Below are positions 27,229-36,146 of a stretch of 64,000 nucleotides of DNA, piece by piece. Where the stretch lies: positions 7,689-71,688 of the forward strand of contig CAMTWB010000026.1 in assembly GCA_947085375.1 (NCBI GenBank). Reading direction: 5' to 3'. Position 1 is the stretch's first letter, and each line of letters starts with the position of its first letter. A model generated the notes under the pieces. The model did not search any database. It was not told where the DNA came from and saw only the letters and a list, made by a program, of their open reading frames with translations. The stretch comes from an uncultured delta proteobacterium. Lineage in GTDB: Bacteria > Desulfobacterota > Syntrophia > Syntrophales > CAMTWB01. The translations under genes and the position numbers were made by a program.

Positions 27229-29289
27229 ATGTTAACGACAGCGGACCTTTCAGCCACCAGGACATCCAGCGCAATAATCGGCCTGGGTATCATCGGCATC
27301 CTGATAGTGATGATCATACCCATTCACCCTTTGGTACTCGATATCCTGCTTTCGTTTAATATCACGTTGGGCATTATCATCATTCTAATGTCGCTTTTTG
27401 TTCTCAAGCCGCTTGATCTCTCAACCTTTCCCTCCATTCTCCTTATGGCTACACTTTTTCGCCTGGCCCTTAATGTGGCCTCCACCCGTTTGATACTGCT
27501 GCATGGAAATGAAGGCACGGCAGCCGCGGGACAGGTAATCAACGCCTTCGGGACCTTTGTGGTTGGGGGAAATTATGTTGTGGGGTTCATTATCTTTACT
27601 GTTTTGGTCCTCATAAATTTCGTGGTTATTACCAAGGGGGCAACCAGGGTGGCAGAGGTGGCGGCCAGGTTTACCCTCGATGCCATGCCCGGCAAGCAGA
27701 TGAGCATCGATGCTGATTTAAACTCCGGTATGATAACCGAAGCCGACGCTCGCATGAGGCGCTCAGAGATTGAAAGAGAAGCCAATTTTTATGGCGCTAT
27801 GGATGGGGCGAGCAAATTCGTTCGCGGTGACGCCATTGCCGGGGTAGTCATAACCTTGGTGAACATAATCGGGGGGCTCATCGTCGGGGTTTTGCAGCAG
27901 GGGATGGAGCTTGCTGACGCCGCCAGAAATTACACTCTCTTGACAGTGGGCGATGGTCTCGTAACCCAGGTGCCGGCCCTGATTATATCAACTGCGGCCG
28001 GGATATTGGTAACCCGAACCACCGCCTCGGCCCAATTGGGCAGCGAAGTAAAAAATCAATTATTCATGCAGCCGAGAGCTGTCGCCACAGCCGCTTTTCT
28101 GCTTGTGGTTTTTGCCCTCATTCCCGGCATGCCTAAGTTTTCTTTTCTTCTGGTAGCAGCGTTGGTGGGATTTTTGGCCTACCGTCTTTTTAGCGCCGCA
28201 AAAGCCACTGAAAAATGGGAAGAAGCGGCCAGGGCGCCCTTGCCGCAGGAGGAGCCCCCTGTTCGAGTAGCCCCCGTTGATCTTCTTGGGTTTGAAGTAG
28301 GGTATGGCTTGATCAACCTAGTCGATGCCGCTCAGGGAGGTGAGCTGCTGTTACGCATCAAGGCGCTGCGCAAGCAGCTCGCCTCCGAGATGGGATTTAT
28401 CCTGCCTGCCATTCACATAAGAGATAACCTGAAATTAAAAGCCAACGAATACACTATAAGCATAAAAGGGGTAGATGTGGCCAAGGGCGAGGTGATGCCT
28501 GATCATTTCCTGGCTATTACCGCAGGCGATCAAGACCTGAAAATCAAAGGAATCGAAACCAGGGAGCCCGCCTTCAACCTGCCTGCGGTTTGGATTACGG
28601 CCCAGGAAAAGGATATCGCCCAGTCGATGGGGGTCATTGTAGTCAATCCGGCGACAGTCATAACCACCCACATTACGGAGGTTTTAAAAAACAACGCTGA
28701 TGAAATTCTCAGCCGCCAAGATGTCCAAACTCTCTTGGATGGCCTTTCCCAATCCCATCCGAAACTTGTCGACGAGCTGATACCTAAAATAATACCACTG
28801 GGCACTCTCCACAAAGTTCTCCAAAGACTCCTGCGGGAAAGAATCTCCATCAGGGATCTGGCCGGCATAATCGAATGCCTGTCAGACTATGCAGTTATCA
28901 CTAAAAATGTCGATATTCTTACCGGGTATGTAAGGCAAAGTCTGTCGCGAACAATTACTAAACAGCATCTGGACCAGGAGGGCAATATAAACGTTATATT
29001 GCTTTCACCGCAAATAGAGGACAGCATATCCGCCAAGATTCAGCACACGGAGTACGAATCTTTTGTCTCAGCGGATCCTCAGATCATCAATTCTCTTATC
29101 TCGCGTCTCCAGCAGTTTATCGTGAATTTTACTTCTATCCAGCAGCAGCCTATAGTATTATGCTCGCCAAATGTACGTATTTTTGTTCGTAAAATCCTGG
29201 AGAAGTTTTTCCCCAATATCGTCGTCCTTTCCCACAACGAGATTTCCCGAGAGGCAAACATTAAATCCCTAGGCATGGTGGAGTTATAA
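27229..29289 (+). CDS. flhA: flagellar export gate protein FlhA
   Basis: 686 aa. FHIPEP motifs VITKGATRVAEVAARFTLDAMPGKQMSIDADL and GAMDGASKFVRGDAIAG. Confidence 0.95.
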   Translation: MLTTADLSATRTSSAIIGLGIIGILIVMIIPIHPLVLDILLSFNITLGIIIILMSLFVLKPLDLSTFPSILLMATLFRLALNVASTRLILLHGNEGTAAAGQVINAFGTFVVGGNYVVGFIIFTVLVLINFVVITKGATRVAEVAARFTLDAMPGKQMSIDADLNSGMITEADARMRRSEIEREANFYGAMDGASKFVRGDAIAGVVITLVNIIGGLIVGVLQQGMELADAARNYTLLTVGDGLVTQVPALIISTAAGILVTRTTASAQLGSEVKNQLFMQPRAVATAAFLLVVFALIPGMPKFSFLLVAALVGFLAYRLFSAAKATEKWEEAARAPLPQEEPPVRVAPVDLLGFEVGYGLINLVDAAQGGELLLRIKALRKQLASEMGFILPAIHIRDNLKLKANEYTISIKGVDVAKGEVMPDHFLAITAGDQDLKIKGIETREPAFNLPAVWITAQEKDIAQSMGVIVVNPATVITTHITEVLKNNADEILSRQDVQTLLDGLSQSHPKLVDELIPKIIPLGTLHKVLQRLLRERISIRDLAGIIECLSDYAVITKNVDILTGYVRQSLSRTITKQHLDQEGNINVILLSPQIEDSISAKIQHTEYESFVSADPQIINSLISRLQQFIVNFTSIQQQPIVLCSPNVRIFVRKILEKFFPNIVVLSHNEISREANIKSLGMVEL

Positions 29290-29291
29290 AG

Positions 29292-30449
29292 ATGCAGATC
29301 AAACGGTACGAATTGGCTACATTAAAAGAGGCCCATACCGTGATCAAAAGGGATCTGGGAGCCGATGCCATCATCCTTTCCACCAAAGATATAATGCGGC
29401 GAGGACAAAAACTCCTGGAAGTTGTTGCCGCGCGTGATTTTACGGACGGCACCGTTTCAGCTTCAAGGTTAACTAACATTACGGCTGATTCATTGAGCTG
29501 CCCGACGCAGGAAAAATCCGAACTTCTTTTTCAGGAAATAGCCAATATCAAGTCGCAACTTTATGCGTTGTTTGAATTGGCCGCCGGCAATCATTATCTT
29601 GCCGGATCATGGGGGGGTGAATACGGGATTGCCGATGTTCTCAATGCCAGAGAGGATCAGGAAAAGAAGTCCCTCTGGATGGGTATCTATAGTAACTTAT
29701 TGCAATCGGGCATTTCTCACCGTCAGGCAGCCCAAATTTGTGCTATTTTCTCTAAGACCAAGACAGAATCGAAAAGCAGAGACTTAAGAGACCTCAAGCC
29801 GCAACTGGAAGAAATTGTCGAGGATGACCTGAAAAAATTCTGTGGAATTACAATTAACAAAAGAATAAAGGTATTCATCGGCCCCACCGGAGCCGGTAAA
29901 ACTACGACCTTGGCAAAGTTGGCCGCCCATTACGCTTGGGATAAAAAATTAAAGGTCGGCCTCATTACAACCGATATGTATAGAATTGCTGCAGCCGAAC
30001 AATTACGCATTTATGCCAATATTCTCGATCTCCCCCTGGAGATCGCCCGTAAACAAAATGATTTGGCGGGCTCCTTGAACCGCTTTACCAACAGGGATGT
30101 CATTTTAGTCGATACTCCGGGGAGAAACTGCCGGGACGAAAGCTGTATTTCATCCTTAAAGGCCTTGCTGTCGCCTTTGGGAGAGGCGGAAGTAAATTTG
30201 GTTTTGAGTGCAACCTGCAGCAATGAAAACCTCTTGGACACAGCGGCAAGGTATGACATAATGTCTTACAATAATGTAATTTTTACTAAACTAGATGAAT
30301 GCTCTCGTTTTGGTTTTCTATATGACTTTCTGCAGAAAACCAGAAAAGCTGTTTCATACCTGACCAATGGACAAAATGTGCCCCAGGATATCATGGTCGC
30401 CACCGCATCAAGGCTAACAAGACTGATCTTAGATGCGAGGCTTAATTAG
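29292..30449 (+). CDS. flhF: flagellar SRP-like GTPase FlhF
   Basis: P-loop GPTGAGKTTTLAKLA, plus DTPGR and TKLDE motifs. Confidence 0.9.
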   Translation: MQIKRYELATLKEAHTVIKRDLGADAIILSTKDIMRRGQKLLEVVAARDFTDGTVSASRLTNITADSLSCPTQEKSELLFQEIANIKSQLYALFELAAGNHYLAGSWGGEYGIADVLNAREDQEKKSLWMGIYSNLLQSGISHRQAAQICAIFSKTKTESKSRDLRDLKPQLEEIVEDDLKKFCGITINKRIKVFIGPTGAGKTTTLAKLAAHYAWDKKLKVGLITTDMYRIAAAEQLRIYANILDLPLEIARKQNDLAGSLNRFTNRDVILVDTPGRNCRDESCISSLKALLSPLGEAEVNLVLSATCSNENLLDTAARYDIMSYNNVIFTKLDECSRFGFLYDFLQKTRKAVSYLTNGQNVPQDIMVATASRLTRLILDARLN

Positions 30450-30463
30450 TCAAAAAGCAGATA

Positions 30464-30630
30464 TGATGACACTGTAAAAAGTCAAAAGACCCCCGCTCCC
30501 TTGATGGGAGAGGGTTCTAGGAGAGGGTGATAATAGTTGATATATCGAATGTTTGATCCCCCTCCCCCTCCCCCTGCCCCTGCCCCCTCCCACTGGGGGA
30601 GGGGGAATCGGAGTTTTTACCGCGTCATCA
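30464..30630 (+). mobile_element. A-type MITE-like element between flhF and flhG
   Basis: TGATGACACTGTAAAAAGT ... GTTTTTACCGCGTCATCA. The interior aligns with 7192..7364. Confidence 0.8.
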
Positions 30631-30635
30631 AATAT

Positions 30636-30734
30636 TGACGACTTCGTAAAAAGCTCGGATTCAGCGCCTTGACTTCGAAACTTTTACCAAGCCGTCACCA
30701 AACTAAGTCGTGCAGACTTTTTACGAGGTCGTCA
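30636..30734 (+). mobile_element. short K-related TIR element abutting the flhG start
   Basis: TGACGACTTCGTAAAAAGCTCGG ... CAGACTTTTTACGAGGTCGTCA. It ends 3 nt before the flhG ATG. Confidence 0.7.
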
Positions 30735-30737
30735 GAC

Positions 30738-31583
30738 ATGGATCAAGCCAAAGCACTTCGCAAACTCAAGAGTGATGCCTATGGCGCTCAGGCAGGAACT
30801 GCACCTCGCAGGGTAAGGGTTGTTGCAATTACCAGCGGCAAGGGCGGGGTAGGAAAGACCGGCATTGCGGCCAACCTGGCCTATATTTTAAGCAGCAGAA
30901 ATAAAAAAACCCTGATCCTCGATGCCGATACCGGCTTGGCCAACATCGATGTCGTCTTGGGCCTCTGTCCAAAATACAACTTATCTCATGTCCTAAGTGG
31001 CGAAATACCGATCAGCGAAGCCATTATTAAAACCCCCGGCGGTTTCTACATCCTTCCGGCCAGCTCTGGAATTCAGGAAATGGCAGAGCTCACGCGAGGG
31101 CAAAAGCTTTCCCTGATCGATGAGATCAGTTCCTGGCAGCAGGAACTGGATTTCATGCTAATAGACACTGCCGCGGGCATTTCTTCCAATGTCATGTATT
31201 TCAATATGGCAGCGAGTGAAACAATTGTCGTCGTTACCCCTGAACCAACATCGCTGACCGATGCCTATGCTGTAATTAAGGTTCTTTTTCAAAAACATGC
31301 CAAAAAAAGGTTTCTCTTGATCGTGAATATGACGAAGGGCAAAGCCGAGGCATGGGAGGTTTACAGGAGACTAAACCAGGCCACAGATCACTTTCTCAGC
31401 ATTACCATACAGTACCTGGGTCATGTAGTAGATGACGATTTCTTTAAAAAAGCAATCAGGCAGCAAAAAATTATCGCCGAGATATACCCCAAGGCGCCGG
31501 CTTCGCAATGTTTACGGGAAATAGCAGACAAGCTTGAGGAGTCTACAGCTGACTACCAGTCGGGATCGCTCAATTTTTTCTGA
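30738..31583 (+). CDS. flhG: MinD/ParA-type flagellar number regulator FlhG (FleN/YlxH)
   Basis: Deviant Walker A ITSGKGGVGKTGIA. Located between flhF and fliA. ATG 30738 chosen because the longer ORF translates the repeat. Confidence 0.9.
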   Translation: MDQAKALRKLKSDAYGAQAGTAPRRVRVVAITSGKGGVGKTGIAANLAYILSSRNKKTLILDADTGLANIDVVLGLCPKYNLSHVLSGEIPISEAIIKTPGGFYILPASSGIQEMAELTRGQKLSLIDEISSWQQELDFMLIDTAAGISSNVMYFNMAASETIVVVTPEPTSLTDAYAVIKVLFQKHAKKRFLLIVNMTKGKAEAWEVYRRLNQATDHFLSITIQYLGHVVDDDFFKKAIRQQKIIAEIYPKAPASQCLREIADKLEESTADYQSGSLNFF

Positions 31584-31620
31584 CGACTTTTTACGAGTTT
31601 GACCATTTTGATGTAGGACC

Positions 31621-32328
31621 GTGGATAAAAAAACGCGTGATGAACTGATCATCAACTATGCTCCGCTGGTAAAAAATATCGTAGGCCGGATAGCCGCGAA
31701 GGTTCCGATCGATCCGGCCGATAAGGAAGACCTGCTAAATATAGGCATTCTTGGCCTCATCTCAGCGCTCGACAATTATGACCAGGCCAGGAGTGTCCGT
31801 TTTGAAACCTACGCCGGCTATCGGATCAGAGGGGCGGTTTTAGATGAACTACGCGCTCGAGATTGTATCCCCCGCCAGGCCAGGACCAGAGGCAGCCAGT
31901 TGGAAGATGCCGCGGCCAGCTTGCAAAAAACATTGCGACGACCTCCTGACGAGGCCGAAATTGCAAAGTACCTGGGATTTTCGCTAGATGAGTACCATCG
32001 CTGTCTGGATGACGCAAAATCGGTCTCGGTTATGCATTATGAAGATATATCTCCTGATTTTCTCGAAGCATACAACGCAATGGATGTTGTTTCCGGCATC
32101 GATCGTGACAATCCTTTTGTGTTGTTTTCCAGCAAGGAGATGCGGGGGCTAATTAAAGCTGCAATCGATGCCTTGCCGGACAAGGAGCGGATGGTGCTTT
32201 CGCTTTACTACTTTGATGAACTTACGATGAAAGAGATCGGACGAGTGATGGAACTGACGGAATCACGGGTCTGCCAGCTCCATTCTCAGGCGATTATCAG
32301 GATACGCGGCAGTTTGAAAGACACTTAA
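31621..32328 (+). CDS. fliA: flagellar sigma factor FliA (sigma-28)
   Basis: Region 2 (FETYAGYRIRGAVLDELR) and region 4 (LSLYYFDELTMKEIGRVMELTESRVCQLHSQAI). GTG start. Confidence 0.9.
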   Translation: MDKKTRDELIINYAPLVKNIVGRIAAKVPIDPADKEDLLNIGILGLISALDNYDQARSVRFETYAGYRIRGAVLDELRARDCIPRQARTRGSQLEDAAASLQKTLRRPPDEAEIAKYLGFSLDEYHRCLDDAKSVSVMHYEDISPDFLEAYNAMDVVSGIDRDNPFVLFSSKEMRGLIKAAIDALPDKERMVLSLYYFDELTMKEIGRVMELTESRVCQLHSQAIIRIRGSLKDT

Positions 32329-32394
32329 TGGGCAGCCGGTCATCCGAGGTTGTCCTGTTATTTTTGAATTACAATAATTATAGCGTTGGTTATA

Positions 32395-32976
32395 ATGTCA
32401 CCTGAATCCCGAAAAGAAGAAGAGATAAAAGATGTGGCCGCAACAGGTTCTGAAGGCGGTGACGCTCGTGTTAAGATTACGATCAACTTTAAGTTGTTAA
32501 CATATGTTCTTGCCTCTTTGTTGGTCGTAGTTGTATCATCTGTAGCAGTGACCCTGTACCTCTTTAGAGAAACTCCTCTATCCGGGGGAATCAAGGCCGC
32601 TCTGCCGATTCCAAATCCAAATACGATCGCGGACGAAAAACATTCCTCGGAGGCCGCTTTTTTGCATCTTGCCCCCCAATCTCTGCAGCTGAATGGTTTT
32701 TTAATCGAGATCACTGATCAGCAGGGTGCCCCTAAAATACTTGCCTGTGATTTTACACTGGTATTCAAACCCGATTACGAGGCGCCAATCATTGCCGACG
32801 AACGACTGATCCGAAAATTGTTCTATCAGGAGTTACTGAAAAAAAAACCGGCTGAGCTGACAGGCAAGGTAAATATTAATATTCTAAAAAACGATCTTAA
32901 ATTAAAACTCCATGATTTTTTTGATAACAAAGACGTGGTAGATGCAGTACTCATAACCAACTTTCTCATAATCTAA
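32395..32976 (+). CDS. FliL-like second paralogue
   Basis: Single TM segment. The core FLIEITDQQGAPKILACDFTLVF and the C-terminal VVDAVLITNFLII parallel FliL (21645..22133). Confidence 0.55.
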   Translation: MSPESRKEEEIKDVAATGSEGGDARVKITINFKLLTYVLASLLVVVVSSVAVTLYLFRETPLSGGIKAALPIPNPNTIADEKHSSEAAFLHLAPQSLQLNGFLIEITDQQGAPKILACDFTLVFKPDYEAPIIADERLIRKLFYQELLKKKPAELTGKVNINILKNDLKLKLHDFFDNKDVVDAVLITNFLII

Positions 32977-33001
32977 AACGGCGGTACAGGACAGGTGTAT
33001 A

Positions 33002-33787
33002 ATGGATTATTTAAATAATATCAGATATATAAATGACGATTTTGCCAGGATATTTCTAAAGCAGCTAATGCCTGGCGTGATTCACAACTTTGCCAATCCC
33101 TTAAACAGCATTATGGGAAGAACAAAAATGATGGAGCGACGCGTTGGCGATTTGGCCAATTTTTTACAGGAACATCATCCCCAGGTTGCAGCTGATATCG
33201 ATGCGGCAATAAAAAAATTAGACGCCGACACGGCATCTCTTTCCGATAACGCCAATTATTTCCGCTCCATTTTTAAGGTTCTTACTGACAAGTTATACTG
33301 CCTGACAGATAATGGAAACGCCAATGTGAACCTGTCACACTTAATGAAGCTAGAGTCAGAGTTTGGCAATTTCCTGCTGGATTTTAAACATAATGTTAAA
33401 AAGACGCTGATTCTCGACGATGACATCCCCCCTGTCCCGGGCAACCAAAGTCATCTCTCGATTTGCCTGACAATGATGATAATACATGCCTTAAACATGA
33501 TGGATGGATTCCAGGAAAAGGAATTGATCATGATGACTTCCCGTGACGATTTCCGGGCATATTTAACCATCAGATACAAGGGCAATGTGCCGGATGCAAA
33601 TAGCACCGAAGACAGGAAAACTTGTAAAATCAACTCAACATTAGAGACCTTTCCCAAACAGCATGAACAGAAGCTCTTGCTTGCTCTGTCCCTGCTGGAA
33701 GAATATGGCGCGGCTCATGAGGTCACCGAAAATGGCGGATGGTCAGAAATCAAAATTTCCCTACCCTGTAGTGGGGAAATGCGGTGA
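33002..33787 (+). CDS. histidine-kinase-like protein with H-box but degenerate ATP-binding motifs
   Basis: The H-box-like GVIHNFANPLNSIMGRTKMM is present. The N-box position reads LTMMIIHALNMM with no Asn. No DxGxG or GxGLG motifs. No TM segment. Confidence 0.55.
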   Translation: MDYLNNIRYINDDFARIFLKQLMPGVIHNFANPLNSIMGRTKMMERRVGDLANFLQEHHPQVAADIDAAIKKLDADTASLSDNANYFRSIFKVLTDKLYCLTDNGNANVNLSHLMKLESEFGNFLLDFKHNVKKTLILDDDIPPVPGNQSHLSICLTMMIIHALNMMDGFQEKELIMMTSRDDFRAYLTIRYKGNVPDANSTEDRKTCKINSTLETFPKQHEQKLLLALSLLEEYGAAHEVTENGGWSEIKISLPCSGEMR

Positions 33788-33804
33788 ATATTCACCAGCG
33801 GCTT

Positions 33805-33865
33805 TGATGAAGCGCTAAAAACTCCGATTACCACTTAGGTGGGAAGGGGGCAGGGGGAGGGGGAT
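33805..33865 (-). repeat. truncated half of an A-type element
   Basis: TGATGAAGCGCTAAAAACTCCGATTACC...GGGGGCAGGGGGAGGGGG, then homology stops. Confidence 0.6.
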
Positions 33866-33910
33866 ACAAAGATGTAATAGCTGGCAATATTGAATAATAA
33901 CAACTAAAAC

Positions 33911-33937
33911 TTAAGTTATTGCGCTATGTGACGATTT
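33911..33937 (+). promoter_or_regulatory. weak sigma-28-like promoter candidate
   Basis: TTAAGTTA-N11-GACGATTT compared with the consensus TAAAGTTT-N11-GCCGATAA. Spacing is correct and the -10 matches 5 of 8. Confidence 0.3.
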
Positions 33938-33975
33938 ATATATCAGTAAATAAATTTCCGAGGGTAAAGATTCAT

Positions 33976-34287
33976 ATGGTCCGGCCTGTGGATGTGCAAC
34001 AAATCGTTCTTCAGACGAATCCGATCGAGAAGATACAGCAAACGCAGCAGCGTCATCCCGACATGCAGCAGCGGTATTTAGAGACTCAGTTAAAGGTACA
34101 GAAAAACCAGGAGAAAGATCGGCTCCATCAAACGGAAAAAGCAGATCGGATACGGATAACGCAAGACGAAGAACGAAAGGGCAACAGGCAGGACCAGGGT
34201 AGAAGCCCAACCGAAAAAAAAACGCCTCCGGGGGAGATCGCCGATAAATCCGAACATCAGGGACATCATGTAGATACCACGGCATGA
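33976..34287 (+). CDS. small highly charged Q/K/E-rich hypothetical protein
   Basis: 103 aa, same strand as its neighbours. GAGGG lies about 12 nt upstream of the ATG. The overlapping minus-strand ORF looks non-protein-like. Confidence 0.45.
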   Translation: MVRPVDVQQIVLQTNPIEKIQQTQQRHPDMQQRYLETQLKVQKNQEKDRLHQTEKADRIRITQDEERKGNRQDQGRSPTEKKTPPGEIADKSEHQGHHVDTTA

Positions 34288-34308
34288 GCACTTTCAGGAC
34301 GTCGTAAA

Positions 34309-34779
34309 TTGAGTGCGTTACTTTTTTTTATTATCCTGACAGACATTGCAATTATAATTGCCATTGCCATTCTGGTGGTCAAGCTCAAGAATCTCTTCGG
34401 AGCTAAAGCACACCAGTTCCAGACTCACGCGGATGAATTGCGAACCCTGATTGTCGAGTCGGGAAACGCAAGCACTTCTTTTTTCAACAAAATGAACGAA
34501 ACGGCAAACAGGCTCGTGGAAATTCTTCGCTCATTGGATGAGAAGGAGACACGCCTGCAGGCGCTTTTGAGCAGTATTAACAACCAACTCGGGGATGAGC
34601 CGGGTCTGCCCGGCGGCAGCACCCATTACGATGCCCTGATCCGCCTGGTCAAGGAAGGTCTTCCCGAAGAGGAAATTCGTCAGACCAGCGGCTTTTCCGA
34701 TGCCGAAATCACTCTGATCCTGGATTTGCATCGCCAAAAAACGCAGGCCAACCGCAATAAGATGCCAATTGAGCAATGA
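34309..34779 (+). CDS. membrane-anchored protein resembling DUF2802 flagellar-operon proteins
   Basis: N-terminal TM segment, a coiled-coil-like middle, and a C-terminal HTH-like YDALIRLVKEGLPEEEIRQTSGFSDAEITLILDL. TTG start. Stop overlaps the next gene (ATGA). Confidence 0.45.
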   Translation: MSALLFFIILTDIAIIIAIAILVVKLKNLFGAKAHQFQTHADELRTLIVESGNASTSFFNKMNETANRLVEILRSLDEKETRLQALLSSINNQLGDEPGLPGGSTHYDALIRLVKEGLPEEEIRQTSGFSDAEITLILDLHRQKTQANRNKMPIEQ

Positions 34780-35918
34780 TTATTACCTCCCCTCCTACCG
34801 CCCAAGCAGGCTGGAATCAGGCAATAACCATATCGCCTAAGGCCGATGGGCAGGCGCCTGTTTTTTCTCCCGGTATGATTTTGACGGTCGATATTGCACG
34901 GAGAGTGGGGGCCAATGAATTTCTCGTAAAGATCAATCAAGTGACGTATCTGGCCAAGACCGCAGGGCCGCTCTCTCCGGGTGACAGGCTCAATGTGATG
35001 GTGGAATCCCTCCAGCCCACGCTGACCATCCGGGTACTGCAAGGCCAGGAGGCTACGGGGCAAAAGTTGCAACAGTGTCTTATTCCCTGGCGCGCTGACC
35101 CTCGCCGCCTGCTTGATATCTTTACTCAGGCGCAGGCGCTTTCCAGGGTGGAGATTCCAGGAGAACTCGCGCTACTGCTCAAAGACGCTGGCCTGGGTAA
35201 TCTGCTGAAGTTTATCAACAGCCTCATCTATTCCACTCAGACGAAGGGTAATCTCCTATTCCTCAAGGAATTTATTAAAAATCTTGGTTTGACCTGGGAG
35301 GGAATTCTCAGCCGAGAATTCTCCATGGGGCGCTTTAAAACCAGCCTCGACAGACCGCTTAAGTCCTCCCTGCTGGCCCTTTCCCGGGAGGTGGGGATAT
35401 TACTTGGCAAGCCTGATCTTTCTTCCGCAACGCAGTTACTCTTAAAGAACATCGAACAGTTTCTCAATTCCTCCCTGAAAACCATTGAAACGCTGCAGGC
35501 GGTTAATATTTTTTCCTGGGAGGAACAAAACAAATATATCCTCCAATTTCCATTTTTGCTGGGCAGCGAGGTTCGATTAAACGATTTATTCGTTTCCCGG
35601 GAACCATCAGGCAAAGAAGGCGAGTCAGCCGATCGGTGGCAGTTATTTCTCTATCTGGATTTCGATCTTTTGGGTGAGCTTGGCGTAAGGATTGAGTCAA
35701 CAGAAGGGAATTTAGATTGTATTTTTCTGTCTTCTCGCAAAGAAGTAGTTGACTATATTGCTTCATCCTTGCCCAACCTGACTGACCAATTGGTTTCCCT
35801 GGGTTACCGTCCCACAAGCATGGCCAGCCGCTGGGAAGCAAATCTCAAAGCGACCAGGCAAGAGATATTTAACTCCTATAAAATAAATCATCTTGAATTG
35901 GTGGACACCTTTGCCTAG
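34776..35918 (+). CDS. FliK-like (hook-length control C-terminal domain-like) protein
   Basis: N-terminal GMILTVDIARRVGANEFLVKINQVTYLAKTAGPLSPGDRLNVMV. C-terminal LFLYLDFDLLGELGVRIESTEGNLDCIFLSSRKEVVDYIASSLPNLTDQLVSLGY resembles the Flg_hook domain pattern. Confidence 0.5.
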   Translation: MIITSPPTAQAGWNQAITISPKADGQAPVFSPGMILTVDIARRVGANEFLVKINQVTYLAKTAGPLSPGDRLNVMVESLQPTLTIRVLQGQEATGQKLQQCLIPWRADPRRLLDIFTQAQALSRVEIPGELALLLKDAGLGNLLKFINSLIYSTQTKGNLLFLKEFIKNLGLTWEGILSREFSMGRFKTSLDRPLKSSLLALSREVGILLGKPDLSSATQLLLKNIEQFLNSSLKTIETLQAVNIFSWEEQNKYILQFPFLLGSEVRLNDLFVSREPSGKEGESADRWQLFLYLDFDLLGELGVRIESTEGNLDCIFLSSRKEVVDYIASSLPNLTDQLVSLGYRPTSMASRWEANLKATRQEIFNSYKINHLELVDTFA

Positions 35919-35924
35919 GGAAAA

Positions 35925-36127
35925 GGGGTTTTTCGGAGGGCCATGCTCCGTCATGGCCGCAAGGGCGTTGCCTTGGGAACAGGCGAAAATGTGGACGCGG
36001 CTTAAGCGGCGAACTGGCGATCAAACGGCAATGACAGTGAATATTGCCTCCGCAGCCGGACGAGACGGAGCTCGTCCCTCCGAAAAACCAGTGCCCAGAG
36101 GGGGTTTTTCGGAGGGCCATGCTCCGT
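35925..36127 (+). repeat. P-family REP/BIME-like repeat (one interrupted unit plus a singlet)
   Basis: GGTTTTTCGGAGGGCCATGCTCCGTCATGGCCG ... CCGGACGAGACGGAGCTCGTCCCTCCGAAAA, followed by a second GGTTTTTCGGAGGGCCATGCTCCGT. Confidence 0.75.
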
Positions 36128-36146
36128 ATTTACGAGGCCATCAACA

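Noticed and set aside
33911-34291. 126-aa minus-strand ORF overlapping the small charged protein gene.
   Set aside because: It lies on the opposite strand to all its neighbours, has no RBS and an implausible composition. The plus-strand frame is preferred, though that call is only moderately supported.
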